Part shown: one piece after another, positions 38,785 to 51,019 of the stretch
How positions within the stretch are numbered: position 1 is the first letter of the stretch
Layout of the letters: each line of letters opens with the position of its first letter
Assembly: GCF_052425735.1 (NCBI RefSeq)
Contig: NC_135763.1
Coordinates: forward strand, 8,556,001 to 8,620,000
DNA: 64,000 bases
DNA from: Oculina patagonica
Lineage: Eukaryota
Reading direction: 5' to 3'
Translations under genes and position numbers: made by a program
The notes under the pieces: model-generated
The model's database searches: none
The model's input: the letters and a program-made list of their open reading frames with translations, nothing else
What the model was told of the DNA's origin: nothing

Positions 38785-41700
38785 AAATGTATTTTCTACT
38801 GGTATGCAGTCAATACAGTTCATTAACAGGTTTTTGGTTATTTATTTCGCTGTGTATGACACGCCGCTTGGGCGTGTCCCTTGGGTATCTCTGATTGGTT
38901 TGATAAGGTATTTATAGACTGTTCAGAGTTGTTTAGTCCTCTCGCTTTCGCATTCCATGCTGACATTGAAGTTGTAAACCCGAAGTTTTGAGTAATCCTA
39001 TGGTTGCAGCAAGAGTCTTCAAATCCAGAGTTAGTCAATTAAGTGTCCTCCCTGTTCAAGAATTACCTGTCGTCCTAGTTCGGATAGTCAATTAGAATTC
39101 GAAGGAAAGTCGAAAATCGACATTGAAGCATTGTAGTTTAAATTCATAGTAATTATAAGTTGTTTGAGTTGAACGTTCGCTCAGCTAGAGATCAGCCTGG
39201 ATAAACCGTCAGAAGTCTGCAAGCTGGTAACGGAAGGAGGGCAGCTCACAACGACGCGGCAGAAGGCGACAAATCTCGCGGAAAGAAGCAAAGACGAGTG
39301 GTTGGCTCTACAGGTATACGAGTCGTACGAGCTTGCTTGTCAGAAGATGCAAAGAGAATTGACTGTCAGCCGAAAAGAAGAAGGCGGATTCGGACGCTAA
39401 TTTCGCAGTATTCTCAAGAGGTTCTAACCAACTAGCAATTTAGCCTTCTCGCGGTAAGATCTTATATTTTTTACTTTGTGATGTCTCGCGTAGGTTGGAT
39501 TGCCTGAGCATCCAACCATCATTCCCTTGGTGTGTATTTTTTGCAGTATTGAAGAAGAAAATAATTTACGTTCGTTTGAGCGTAGCGAATTAGAACGTAA
39601 ATGTATTTTCTACTGGTATGCAGTCAATACAGTTCATTAACAGGTTTTTGGTTATTTATTTCGCTGTGTATGACACGCCGCTTGGGCGTGTCCCTTGGGT
39701 ATCTCTGATTGGTTTGATAAGGTATTTATAGACTGTTCAGAGTTGTTCAGTCCTCTCGCTTTCGCATTCCATGCTGACATTGAAGTTGTAAACCCGCCCG
39801 CCCGCCCGCCCATTTCGTTTTTGTTATCTTGTCTAATTGATTGCTCGTCAATTTTATACATGTTTTTTTGTCCGAACAGAATGTGTTGCAGTTGTTAGTT
39901 TTTATTTCAAACGGCGGAGAGTGGGCTAAGGACTGCAGGTTCGGAAACTTTTGCAGACTGCAGTAAAACTAAAGTAGTTGAACTTCCCATTAATTACTGG
40001 AGCAGCGCCGCTTCCACTAAGCCCGCCGGCATCAGGAGCACGCAATGATGGGGCATCGAAATGATATTGGTAATGTCGATCTGTTTGACGAATTGAATGA
40101 GGTAACATAAAAATCAGATTTGAGCGTGAAGTTTCTACTAGACCAGGTGTGTTGCAAGTTATTAAAGGGCAGTCTGGGAAGAAATATTCATTTCTGTTAT
40201 TTTTAGGCGTCTCAGAGATTATTGTATCATTTGTTTTAGATGGTTTTCGTCTTCCTTTCAAGAAGATTCCCTCTGAAATTTTTCAAAAGCTATGTGTCAT
40301 CTTTGCATCATTCTGTATTTGTAGATAAGCTATTTAGTGCCTTTACATTTTACCGGGTTGGTAGAAGTTAAGGCTCCTTCTTATATGGTTTACCCTTTAG
40401 TGTTTCGAATTAACCCTATGGAAGAAGAGATAAACATTTTTATGAACAAGGATTTAGTGCGTAAACGGGAATATCACTTTGCCCTATTCTAAAGGGAGTA
40501 TTTATGGCTTTGTTTGGTCCAAGTGGCTATTACCTATCACCTATATAGCTATTCACACTCTGATCATCGCACATTTATATTGTTAGGTTTTCGCTTGCTT
40601 TTCGTTAGGTGACGCTTGGTTTAGGTGTTTTTCTGTTTACTGTATTTCCTTTTGGGTTGGATGTTTATTCCATGCCTCAAGTCGCTCGAACTGAATATTG
40701 AAGGATTCAAGGGGGTCAACATTGTTCTATTCCTGAACGAGGAGAAGTTGATCCATATTGATTATTACTCTTGTGCAGTATTAGATCCAGTTTACGGAAG
40801 TTCAGATTTATTTTTTAGCTATGGCGGGAAGTTTTAGTGGACCCTTGTTAATTTTCGAATGGTATAGTATAGAACACTATCTATAGAACAATTCCTATTT
40901 CGGATAGATGGTTATTTTTACTTCGCATTTCTGTATGTCTTCATAATTGTTTCAGAAAAAAGTTTATGGGGAATTGTTTAGCCTGGCTTGGGGGAATTTG
41001 TTTACATTGGTGTAGTATTTGAGGACATTTCCCAAATTATGACTAGTTATTACAACAAGGACATTGAGGCTGCGCAGGATTACGATTTCACTAGACGTTT
41101 ACTTTGGCCCAATTTATTCTCTAAGAAAACATGTTGAGTATTGAAGTGGACTGGACAGGATGAATTTAAAAAGTCATTATGGATTGGCCCGTCTTATTGT
41201 ATTGTTAGCTCAGATGCTAGTGCCACAAAATGTGGCGTCCATTTAGGTAACAGTGAACAAGTGCGCCATAATGATAACTGGATGCATGTATACACGTTTG
41301 TGGTATGACTTGTCTGGAAAAGTTTTTGGCATTTCAGCAAGGCTCTTATGTTAAGTTGGTTTTAGATAGTTGTTCGTTTGCAGAGTATTACATTCGAGTA
41401 GCACGAAGTTGAAGTTTACATGTTATATAGCCCAAAATTTTCAGCTCCTATTGACAGCGGTGTCAAATTGTATGCTATGGTTTCCCGTACGGAGCTCGTT
41501 GTGAGGACTATAAAGTCGCATTATTTATACATAAATGGTTGACTAATTACAAGTCATCATGTTTTCAAGCATTGAATATGGGTGGGAATCCCATATAGTG
41601 GTCTACTTTGTCAGTTTGGCAACAACTAGGTATGTTTTCACTTTAGTTTTTGAAATCCATGCAGGACTTACGGATTGGATTTATTAATTCACTAGGTATT

Positions 41701-42432
41701 CACTTCTCGTGTACATGCAAGGCCATTACCACATTTATCGTACTGTTCTGGACCTCGTCTCGTTTTTTCCTAAACTTTCAGAATAATTGCTCGTTTTGCA
41801 ATAGATGGCAAGCTGTTTATAGTCTTTATAGCAAGAGTGTACTGGAACATCGGCGAAATACTGTTTTACTTCGAGCATATTCTTTCATTTCAACATTGGT
41901 AGCTGTTTGTATAAAGTTTTCGCTGATTACAAGACCGCTGGGCCAGTTTCTATTTATGTTTGGTTAAGATTGATTGTCGTTATCAGAAAGGAGGCGCTGG
42001 CCTGACTTTGGGACGCTTGTCCATTCACTCATCAGCTAGGAGGCGCTGGCCTGTTTTTGGGACGCTTATCCATTCACTCATCAGAAGGAGGCGCTGGCCT
42101 GTTTTTGGGACGCTTGTCCATTCACTCATCAGAAGGAGGCGCTGGCCTGTTTTTGGGACGCTTGTCCATTCACCTTTCAGAAAGGAGGCGCTGGCCTGAT
42201 TTTGCAGAGCAATTTGTCTGCATTCAGCTTATGTTAGTTTATTTCAGTTTATGTGCTCGCTCGCTTCCATGTAGGTTTATATGGATACAAATGCCTGTCA
42301 CTTCTCTTTTTTTTCTTCATTATAGATGTTAACTATTCAAGGTTATCAGAGGAGCCCCCAGCTAGCAAGAAACCAAGCACGAAGGACGTCCTGAAGTTGT
42401 TTATGAAGGTTACTTCACAGCAAAAAGATATT

Positions 42433-42469
<37 letters not shown>

Positions 42470-43402
42470 GTCAAGTTCTTTATAAGATGCGGTATCTTGT
42501 CCTCATACTGTCTCAGTTTCAGTTGTATCGCTTTACAAGCCGCATGCGTATCTTACGTAGTTTCAAGTCTTATGCTGCTTTTATTTTGATTCATGTCCGC
42601 ATTATCATTAATCATTTGGCCGGATAGCTCAATTTGAAATAGTTTTTTAATAGCGGTTCAGCGTTTGTTAGGGTGTTTATCTCTGCTAATAAAATCAACA
42701 AGCCTGAAGGACTTGCGCTTAGCTTGCATATGTTCGTTAGGTAGCGAAAGATTCTTCGAAATGATGTATTGAATAGTTTGTTACCTTAAGCTTAGCTTTT
42801 GGCATTTTGGCTGTTCATTCTAGTTATTTTTTCCTTACGTACATGTGGAAATCTACTGATGTTTACAGTGAAGGGACTAATGTTTAAATTAAGAGGTTAT
42901 GTAACTATAATTATTATCTCGTCTCAACAACAGCTTAACATTATTGGATCAATAAGTTTTTTGTGGTTTTTCAATACTGTCTAGCAGAATGGTACCAAGC
43001 TGTTATGCGCAAGATGTAGGGAGCTATTGAAGAACTGTAAAGGATCTTGCTCTGAGTATTTTATTGTCATTGATAGCATAAGCTCGAAGAAGCTACATCC
43101 GTGGTTAGAAGTAGCGCCAATTTATCACAACGATTACTTTTATTACATTGTACATATAATTATTTTGAAATAACTGCTCACCTTATCCTAACTGATTTAA
43201 TAAGTATTTTGGTACTTCTATTTTTTCTGGTAGGCGTCAACATTAGCTCTAAACGTTCCTTTTTTCACTGTATGAAATGTATCAATAAATGTCAGCTTGG
43301 ATTGCCTGAGCATCCAACCATCATTCCCTTGGTGTGTATTTTTTGCAGTATTGAAGAAGAAAATAATTTACGTTCGTTTGAGCGTAGCGAATTAGAACGT
43401 AA
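38785..43402 (+). mobile_element. Decayed DIRS/PAT-type tyrosine-recombinase retrotransposon with split direct repeats
   Basis: A1 38785-38982 = A2 39599-39796 (198 bp, 1 mismatch seen); B1 39495-39600 = B2 43297-43402 (106 bp, identical). Remnants on the + strand: gag (EGGQLTTTRQKATNLAERSKDEWLALQVYESYELA ~39235), RT N-terminus (FVLDGFRLPFKKIP ~40230), RNase H (SDASATKCG ~41210), methyltransferase-like region (CKAITTFIVLFWTSSRFF ~41715) and weak YR-like traces ~42560-43100. AATAAA precedes B2; no TSD. Confidence 0.85.
41983..42206 (+). repeat. Minisatellite, 48-49-bp unit x ~4.5, inside the DIRS-like element
   Basis: Unit TCAGAAGGAGGCGCTGGCCTGTTTTTGGGACGCTTGTCCATTCACTCA starts at 41983, 42032, 42081, 42129 and 42177 (partial). 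Confidence 0.92.
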
Positions 43403-46400
43403 TTAGAATTTTTTGCCATTTGTGATAAACTGTTTGAATGCATCAAATTGGTTTACTTTAAAAGAACGTTTTAAGAACCTATCCGTCACTGAAATTAAAA
43501 TGGTTTTGCCATTTGGAGTAAACTTTGAATGCATCAAAGTGGTTTACTGCATACCTTTTAATTTTGAAATCTAGAGGGAACCTGCGGTGTTTACAAAACT
43601 ATTTTAATGCCTCAAATAACTCGGCAAAATAAAATTCAAATTACTTTAATAGATTCAATGAAAGACGTCTATCGATGGAAAAAGCAAATGGCTGGGAAAA
43701 GCTTGACACAATACCTTCGGTAACAAATTGTCAATTTTTAGTTTTACTGAATTAAAATTGTTTTACTGAATTAAAATTCAAAGTACCGTAAATGTTGACA
43801 AATGGTTAAAGGCTTTTAAACGGGTTTCTTGAATTCTTTCCTGTTTTGAGTTTAAATTGTTTGCTTGTTTTTTATTGTTTAACACAAACAATTATCCACC
43901 CAACGGCCTTAGAAAAACGTGATTCGTTTCTACGCAGTCGAAGTTCTCCTGTAAGGGGTTGACTACGATATCAGACATGATTGACGGACATGACAGTGAA
44001 AAGCTAACTGAAGATTTATTTATTCTTTTTTATTTTCTTTGTTTGGAACATGGAATTGCAATGTGTGGTTTTCCTCAAGCATAGCTGACAAAATGCTTCT
44101 TTTCACTCCGGTAGCTGACTGAACTACACAATAAGTTTTTCCCGCGCTTATCACTTATGAATAGATAGTCGCCGGGCGCCGGGCAGGTTGATATGTCTCA
44201 ACATTAGAAGAAATGTATATTCCAGTCTAACTTGGATCAATGGAAGGTTTGACAAACATCATGTTATTAATGCAGTGATTCCATCTTTATATGAATAACA
44301 GGGGGCATTGACAGTGAAAATTCAATGACTCGCTCCTCGTAACAAACAGTACAGTTTGTATATCCGATTATATTTTAGCCAGTATTTTAGTCGCTTCATC
44401 TGGTTCGAATCTGGTCACTGTGGTCAAACGCCTAAACTAAACTACCATATATTGTTTTTCCTATCAATATCTCAAAAACAATGTGTTGACAAAAATATAT
44501 ATATAAAATTTAGGAAAATGCATAAAAATCAGCTTACAGTAGATTTTTTTATGCCTACACTAAAACTCTGAATTAACAAACGCTTTAACTTACCTGTAAA
44601 TTGAGGTTTTCCTGCGCGTCTATTACAAGATAACGAAGCGAGTCTTGTGCAGGATTTAATTTTGGACTGACTCCGTTTTATATTTCAGGACTGGATTGAT
44701 TTTATAACACCTGTATAGACAGCTGTGTAATGCTTAATTTCATAATAAACTGCAAGTTTTACGACTGTCGGCGTCACACTTTTACGCAAATTGCGGTAAA
44801 CATTTCAAAATTCCTTCAATCTCTTCACGTCTCAGTGCGTCACACTTGAACAGATTTCTCGAGTTTGAATGGAATTCTTTCTTAATTCGGAAACGCCGTG
44901 AGCTATTTTCATTGAGAACGTGACGAGATGTTTTGACTGCCGAAAACTATCAACAAAACTCCGACCAATTGAATTCAACTTTTCCAAGCTTTCGACAGCT
45001 TGCCAAAGACAAAACACAAATGTAAACTGAACAACTGGCGTTAAAAGGGATCTTTCACAATACCAAGAGAATCTTACGAAAATTGAGGCAATCTTATAAA
45101 TTCCCTGTTATTAACCCATGCAATAAACCTTCCGAACAAGAAATGAGTCAACAAAATTCTTTTAATTCTTTCAACTGTTTACGTGTAACGTTTTGGCAAA
45201 CTGTGCGAAAAACAGGAAAAACAACTCTATGAGGTTCTGTTGCAAGACACGTTTACTTAAAGGATCCATTTCTTTGCTCATCATGCAGATTGTTACGGTG
45301 CACTTTATTTCTAAAAGTCCAGGATTAAATGGGTCCCGCTGGGACACAGAAAAACGGCCATTCTTTACATTAAATCGGCCAAAATGCACGCTAAAAAGGC
45401 CAAACTCTTTTGAGAGTGTTTTTGCATTATGGAATGTCCTGAACTTGACCTGACTTTGTCATGAAATGTATTACTTGACATCACTCGTCGACCATTAGTT
45501 CTGCAGAAGAATCTGGCGTCAAATCACTTGATTTTGTTGTTTTTACTTTTTTGGCAAAAAAAATATGTTCACCAATAGAAAAGAAATAATTCATGTCTTT
45601 CAGACATAAGTTCTACATGTCCAATACAGGCAATTGTAGCAGCGGCTATACCTTAAAATTCTCACTCATGGAAGAGAGCTGCACATATTAGTCTGTGGGG
45701 GGGGGGGGGGGGGGACACCCATATGAAAGAGACGGGGATACTCATCGTCTCGCTAAGGGATGTAAATTTCGACTGTTGGTTTCATTTAGGGTGCTCAGTA
45801 AAGAAAGCCAATCTCGTTTAGGGGTGCACGTGAGGAAGTATTAACTCCATCATACCGAGTTGCCAGTCTAGACCGATCGCGAGCGATCGCGATCAGGCAT
45901 CCGAGAAAAGCTTGAGATTGGCCTTTTTTAGGGTTAATTTTGTTTAATTCAATTTCTTTTCCAACGAGCATCCCCATCCCTTTCATTTACGGGAGCTCCT
46001 CCCACCCAAGGGTTATTAGTATTGGATAGAGCTTCTAAGTGAAAATACGAAATCGCTCCTAAAATATCCCTGCTAGTACCTGCATGTGGGACACAACAAA
46101 CGAACAAAAACAATTTCTCGAATTCTTGCATTTCCCGTGTATTAATATAATGGCAGTGTATGGGCTCATCAGGCCTCATTTCGTGTTATTTGCTGGCTTA
46201 GGCGGTACCTGTAAAGCCATTAAAAAGCAGGAATGTCAATTTAAATGCATGCCGTTTAAAACTGTCTAACGGAGCACGTGCGTCCGCTTCTTGCAAGTGT
46301 CAACTGTACATTTCCTTTACAAGAAATACAATAAAAGTCTTTTAACATGTTTGAAGTAGAGGACATTGAAAACAATTGTGCTCACGCGTTGTAAGAGGAA

Positions 46401-47924
46401 GTAGTTGGTTTAGAAAACCTCTGGCTCTTGTTACAAGCTAAACTGAATTTGTATCAAAACATTGGGCCTATTAACTACACGGCTTAGGTGTTAAAAGAAT
46501 TTGTTTTGAAGTCAAGAATTTTTTCTTCCAAAGACGATCAAGTCCTGAGGAATGTTTAGCTTAGGATTAAAAGTAATAAACGTGCTCGTTCACTTAATCT
46601 TCTTAAGATTCAAACCTTCATTAATCTTATTGAGGTTTAAGCCTGTATCAATATATCTTATTAGCGTTTAATTCCGGTTTATATTTTAATTGTGTAAATT
46701 CCGTTCAGTTTACGGTTCATTCTTGAAACTTCGCTTTGCTTTGCTTTAGTGACTTTAAACTAGTGTATAAATATCTCTCTCTACCTGTGTGACTTAAGAC
46801 GGAACATAAATAAATTTAAATAACAGACCTACAAATCATGATTTACGTTTTTCGTTTTCGATAAAACACCGGAAGATTGGAATATAAATTCTCTTATCTG
46901 ATCGTCGTACATTACTTAACATTCAGCTCTGAGAATTTGCAGTGGAGATAAATGATGATATTTCTTACCTGAATATATTCTCAGTTCTTTTTCGTCGATT
47001 ACTGCTGTCCGATTGTCATTGTATTTATACCATAGAAAGGGATTTTATATTGTTAACTGACTTGCATGATTAAAACACTGTTCGCTCTTGTAAAGTTGTT
47101 GCGTGTTACATTCTTTCAGAGTTAACGTCATTCATAAATCCAATATTGGTCGAAACCGCAAGTGTTCGTCTTAGACGAAGTTTCCTGTACTTTTGAATGA
47201 AATGACAGTTCCCAGTATTGGTTTTAAAGTATAGAAATTTGAATTATAAAATAAAAATTCTTGGAATCAAGAATCATTTCCAAATATTTGTGAAGATGTT
47301 TTAAGCTTTTTGGGCAAAAAGTAGAAGAATTTTGCAAAAAAAAAAAAAAAAAGCCATACCAGTCAAAAAACAAGTTTAGCCGGTTTATTTTTTCTTTTGT
47401 ATGCCACGTGGTGTATGACGCTAGAAATTGTGTGAGAGTTCTCTAACTTTAAGGACTGGAACTCTTATGAGTTTTTAAATAACGTTTTCATATTGTAACT
47501 TGATCCCCTTGGCAACATAAAGACCGCGCGCGTGCTCATTTATCAGAGGAGGCGGGGAGTAGGGTAAGAATGGTTGAGTTTTTTTAGGTACCCCCTAACC
47601 CCCCCCCCCCCCAACCTTTGCAAAACTTGTTTAGACCCCTATTCTATTCAATATTTAATATTTGCCGTCAACAAACAGTGAAGAAAGCACTCTTGGATGT
47701 CTGCCTAGCCTTTTACTTTACATTCAAATTTAATTGTAATCTAGCTAACGGTCAGTTTTGAACATGTATGTTGTAGCATACGAAAGGTCACGTTTTTAGA
47801 ATTAAAGTTTTTCCGACATGTGTTGTTTTGCCATATTTGTCACCGCAGTCTGTTTTCTATTTTTACTGAGGTTAAATGGCCTAAGAATAAGAGTGTTTAA
47901 AGCAAAAAAAAACCCAAAACCCAA

Positions 47925-48188
47925 TACCGTATTTTCTCCGTTAAACGCCCCCGGCGTTTATTTTAAACTTAGCCTGTTGGACAGGCGTTAATTTGACTCC
48001 TTCAGTTTATTTAAGCGCGATGTTCATTTAGCAAGGGATTTTTTCATTATATTTGACAAACATATATCTTGCTAATATACCAACAACTTATTATACTTCA
48101 AACAAATACCTGAGGGGCCTATTTTCAACTCCACCTTAGAGACCCGGCGTTTATTCGGTACCCGGCGTTTAATCGAACAAATACGGTA
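47925..48188. mobile_element. MITE, TACCGTATTT-type TIR family
   Basis: Ends TACCGTATTTTCTCCGTTAAACGCC and GGCGTTTAATCGAACAAATACGGTA; internal CCGGCGTTTA repeats. Confidence 0.8.
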
Positions 48189-48341
48189 CTTCTGTCAATG
48201 TCTCCATGTTAGTTCACCTAGCTAGTTTATAGCACAGTTTGAGTTTTCTCCTAGATTGCCCATGCTCCTGCTTTTCTTAATTTATTCTTGCTGTCTTCGG
48301 GCCTTTTTTAAATTTTTCACCAGTTGTTATGCCGTTTCTTT

Positions 48342-51019
48342 TCAGCCCTTTTCTGAAGCCAGTTCTTGTACTTCGCCGGTTTTCCTCTCAGAGCAGTGAT
48401 TGTTAACTTTTTGTTTTTCTCCTTTTCGTTGCCCAGTCTTGCCCACCTCGGTAACTCCCATCGGATGGATTTTATTTCTAGATGAAGACGGCTGTAAATT
48501 TTTGGACTCCTTTTTCAAGCCACATTGCTTGGGTAGTACTTCTTTTCCTTCTTCAGTTTCCTCTGCTTTTCCTTGGCAAGAATTCTGCACTTGAAGATTC
48601 GGTGCACGAATTTCGCCGCCTTTTTCGGCTGTCTCTTCCCCGTATCCACTACCATCGCCAACTTTATGATGAGAGTGACGATCAGCCTGCAAGTTTTCAA
48701 TGGACAAAATCACCATTCCATCGCTCGTTGGTTTGCCTGAATACTTTTGCCTCATTTGGTTTCCATCTCTTTCTAGTTTCAATGTTTCTCCGCTTTCTAC
48801 TCTTTCGCCATTCTTCTTTCTTGCCATGAAGACTTTATCGTTACGTTTTTCACCGTTGCCGCGTCCGTTTGACTTCTCTTTAAAGTCGCTTGATCCGAAG
48901 GGGTCTTTCATGAACTGCTTGAAAGCGGAACGACATCGACTTGTCCGCAGATAGTAGATAATCGGGTTTATTGCGCTTGAGATATGAAGACTGTAATGGG
49001 CGATGAATGCAAAGCAGGAGTCAGCCAGGGTTTCTTCCTGAAGACCCACCATTGCATACAGGATAGCAGGGGCATAACAGAGGAAATAGGTAGCTATTGT
49101 GATGGCGATGGTTTTGGTCGCTTTGATGTCGTGTTTAAGTCGGGCTTCGGCTTGAATGGGAGGTAGGTTTAACTTTGCTCTCTGTTAAAAAAAAAAGAAG
49201 GAGGAGTTTCGCACAGACTTGGGGATGGTGAGGGGGGAGGGGTGGTATTTTGGGACTGCCACAACCTCGTCCCCAGGGTCTTCAAAAGTTTTCAAAATGG
49301 CGGTAGCCATCTTGAAAGCGGAGTATAGACCCTGGGAACGAGGTTGGGACTGCCATAAATACTTCTTATTAACCGAGAGTGAGGTCATTACAGGGGAATC
49401 TCAGACCGAGGCCTGAGATTGCCCTGTAATGACCGAACGGACGAGGTTAATAAGTTATTTATTATATGTCCTTTTAGCGCTATTCTAAACTGAAATATCT
49501 AAAAAACACCGAGATGAAACTCGCTCTCGCTCTCTGTGGCTCTCTTCGTCGCTCATACTAAAGAAGTATCGGTATGCTAATACTTTTCTTTCAGTTGTTG
49601 AAAAGATAGTTACATTTTGTCGGTATTTATTGTCGTTCTCGCAATTGCGCTAGTAGCTTTTACTCACAACTCAAAAAACCGCCGAGCCGAGAAAATTTTT
49701 CATAATGCCCGGTCATTACAATATAATAAAAGTGTTTAATATCAAATTTTGAATTTTTCGAGACTTGAATTCAATGGACTTTAACAGCGTAATTTTTTCC
49801 ATAGAAATAGTTTAATCTCTGGAGGAATCCTTTGTGAATCTTGTGACAGTTAAGAAACACGTTCATCCAGGACAGACCCAGGACATCATAAATTTCAAAA
49901 TGCTTTTCCTCCTAAACGAAACACTGAATCGATATCAAAATTTGCATAGGGGCTTATGTTCTTTGTGTCCAGAATATGTGAAAAGAATAACTTTGCAGGA
50001 TTTAGATTTTTGAATTTTTATAACGTCAGATGAAAGCCACCAATTGTTTCATCGCATTTCGCTTGGGCTTGGGGATGTGTTTAGTAATTTCATATGTGAA
50101 AATTAACGATTGAACTCTCGGCCGCAATTAGGGAGTAGTTTGACACTCGTTGAATTTAAGATATTTGTATTGTATATATGGTGTATATTCCATCACGTGT
50201 CCAAATACGTTTTACTGATTATAGCTGCAGTTATCATTAACATATTGTAAACCATACCTAGTCCACTTATGGTCAAACATGGGGATAATTCCAAGTAATT
50301 TCTGGTCATAAGATGTTATCTAATGGACTGCTTGAGAAATGTGTATGACATTATTAAAATACCACCAAGGCAAATAACAAAAACATGTACAAGTAAAACG
50401 ATTTTAATACCTCGTTTTTCTTCTTTTTTATTGCGCGGATCGTCAGAAAACACACTACTGTTCCAAAGATGAGAAAGAATGCCATGATCGATGCAACAAA
50501 CTGCTTTGCTTGCTTGAAGATCTCCTTTCTGTATTCAACGACATGAGCATCACCAAGATCAATATCGAGTAGCGGGATTGAGAACAACATTACCGTCACG
50601 AAACTGATGAACCAAATAAGGAGAGCACAGAGCAGAGCCTTCTTGTTCGCCTTCCAGCCAAGGTACATCAGGTCAAAAGAAATGGCCAGGTACATATTTG
50701 TCATCATGGCGAGCATCGAAGCAAGGTTAAGTATCGTGAAGAGACGATTGAAGAGACTGGTCATGATTGCCAAAGTCTTGCCTCTGAACCAACTGGCCTG
50801 TAAAACGTTGTATGTCGTATACGAGGGTAAGTTTATGACTGCAGATAACAGATCCACCAGGGCGAGATTGGCGACGAGAATATTCGGAACTGTTCTTAAA
50901 GATTTGAATCGAGCAATGATTGCCAGTACGAAACCATTGCCTATCACAGATGCTGAAGTTAGAAGAGCTGTTAACACACCCATAATAACCGTCACAAGAA
51001 GTGGTTTTGCTGGATGCAT
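48342..51019 (-). CDS. Rhodopsin-like (class A) GPCR, ~482 aa; exons 51019-50411 and 49181-48342
   Basis: Seven hydrophobic segments: GNGFV (TM1), NLALVDL (TM2), W in TM4, KATKTIAITIATYFLCYAP (TM6) and SSAINPIIY (TM7), followed by helix 8 and a long hydrophilic tail. The phase-0 intron lies in ICL3. Confidence 0.9.
49262..49346. mobile_element. 85-bp mini-MITE with 9-bp TSD in the GPCR intron
   Basis: TIR CAACCTCGTCCCCAGGGTCT / AGACCCTGGGAACGAGGTTG; TSD GGACTGCCA (49253-49261 and 49347-49355). Confidence 0.85.
49356..49464. repeat. Long hairpin end of an interspersed repeat
   Basis: CTTATTAACC...GGTCATTACAGGGGAATCTCAG / CTGAGATTGCCCTGTAATGACC...GGTTAATAAG. Confidence 0.7.

Noticed and set aside
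38838-39861. Two identical minus-strand ORFs (GFTTSMSAWNAKARG...)
   Set aside because: By-product of the duplicated 198-bp A repeat of the DIRS-like element.
41983-42206. Regular repeat array resembling CRISPR
   Set aside because: The units are contiguous with no unique spacers, there are no cas genes, and the context is eukaryotic; it is a minisatellite.
48900-49010. Opsin assignment for the GPCR
   Set aside because: His rather than the retinal-binding Lys at TM7 position 7.43.
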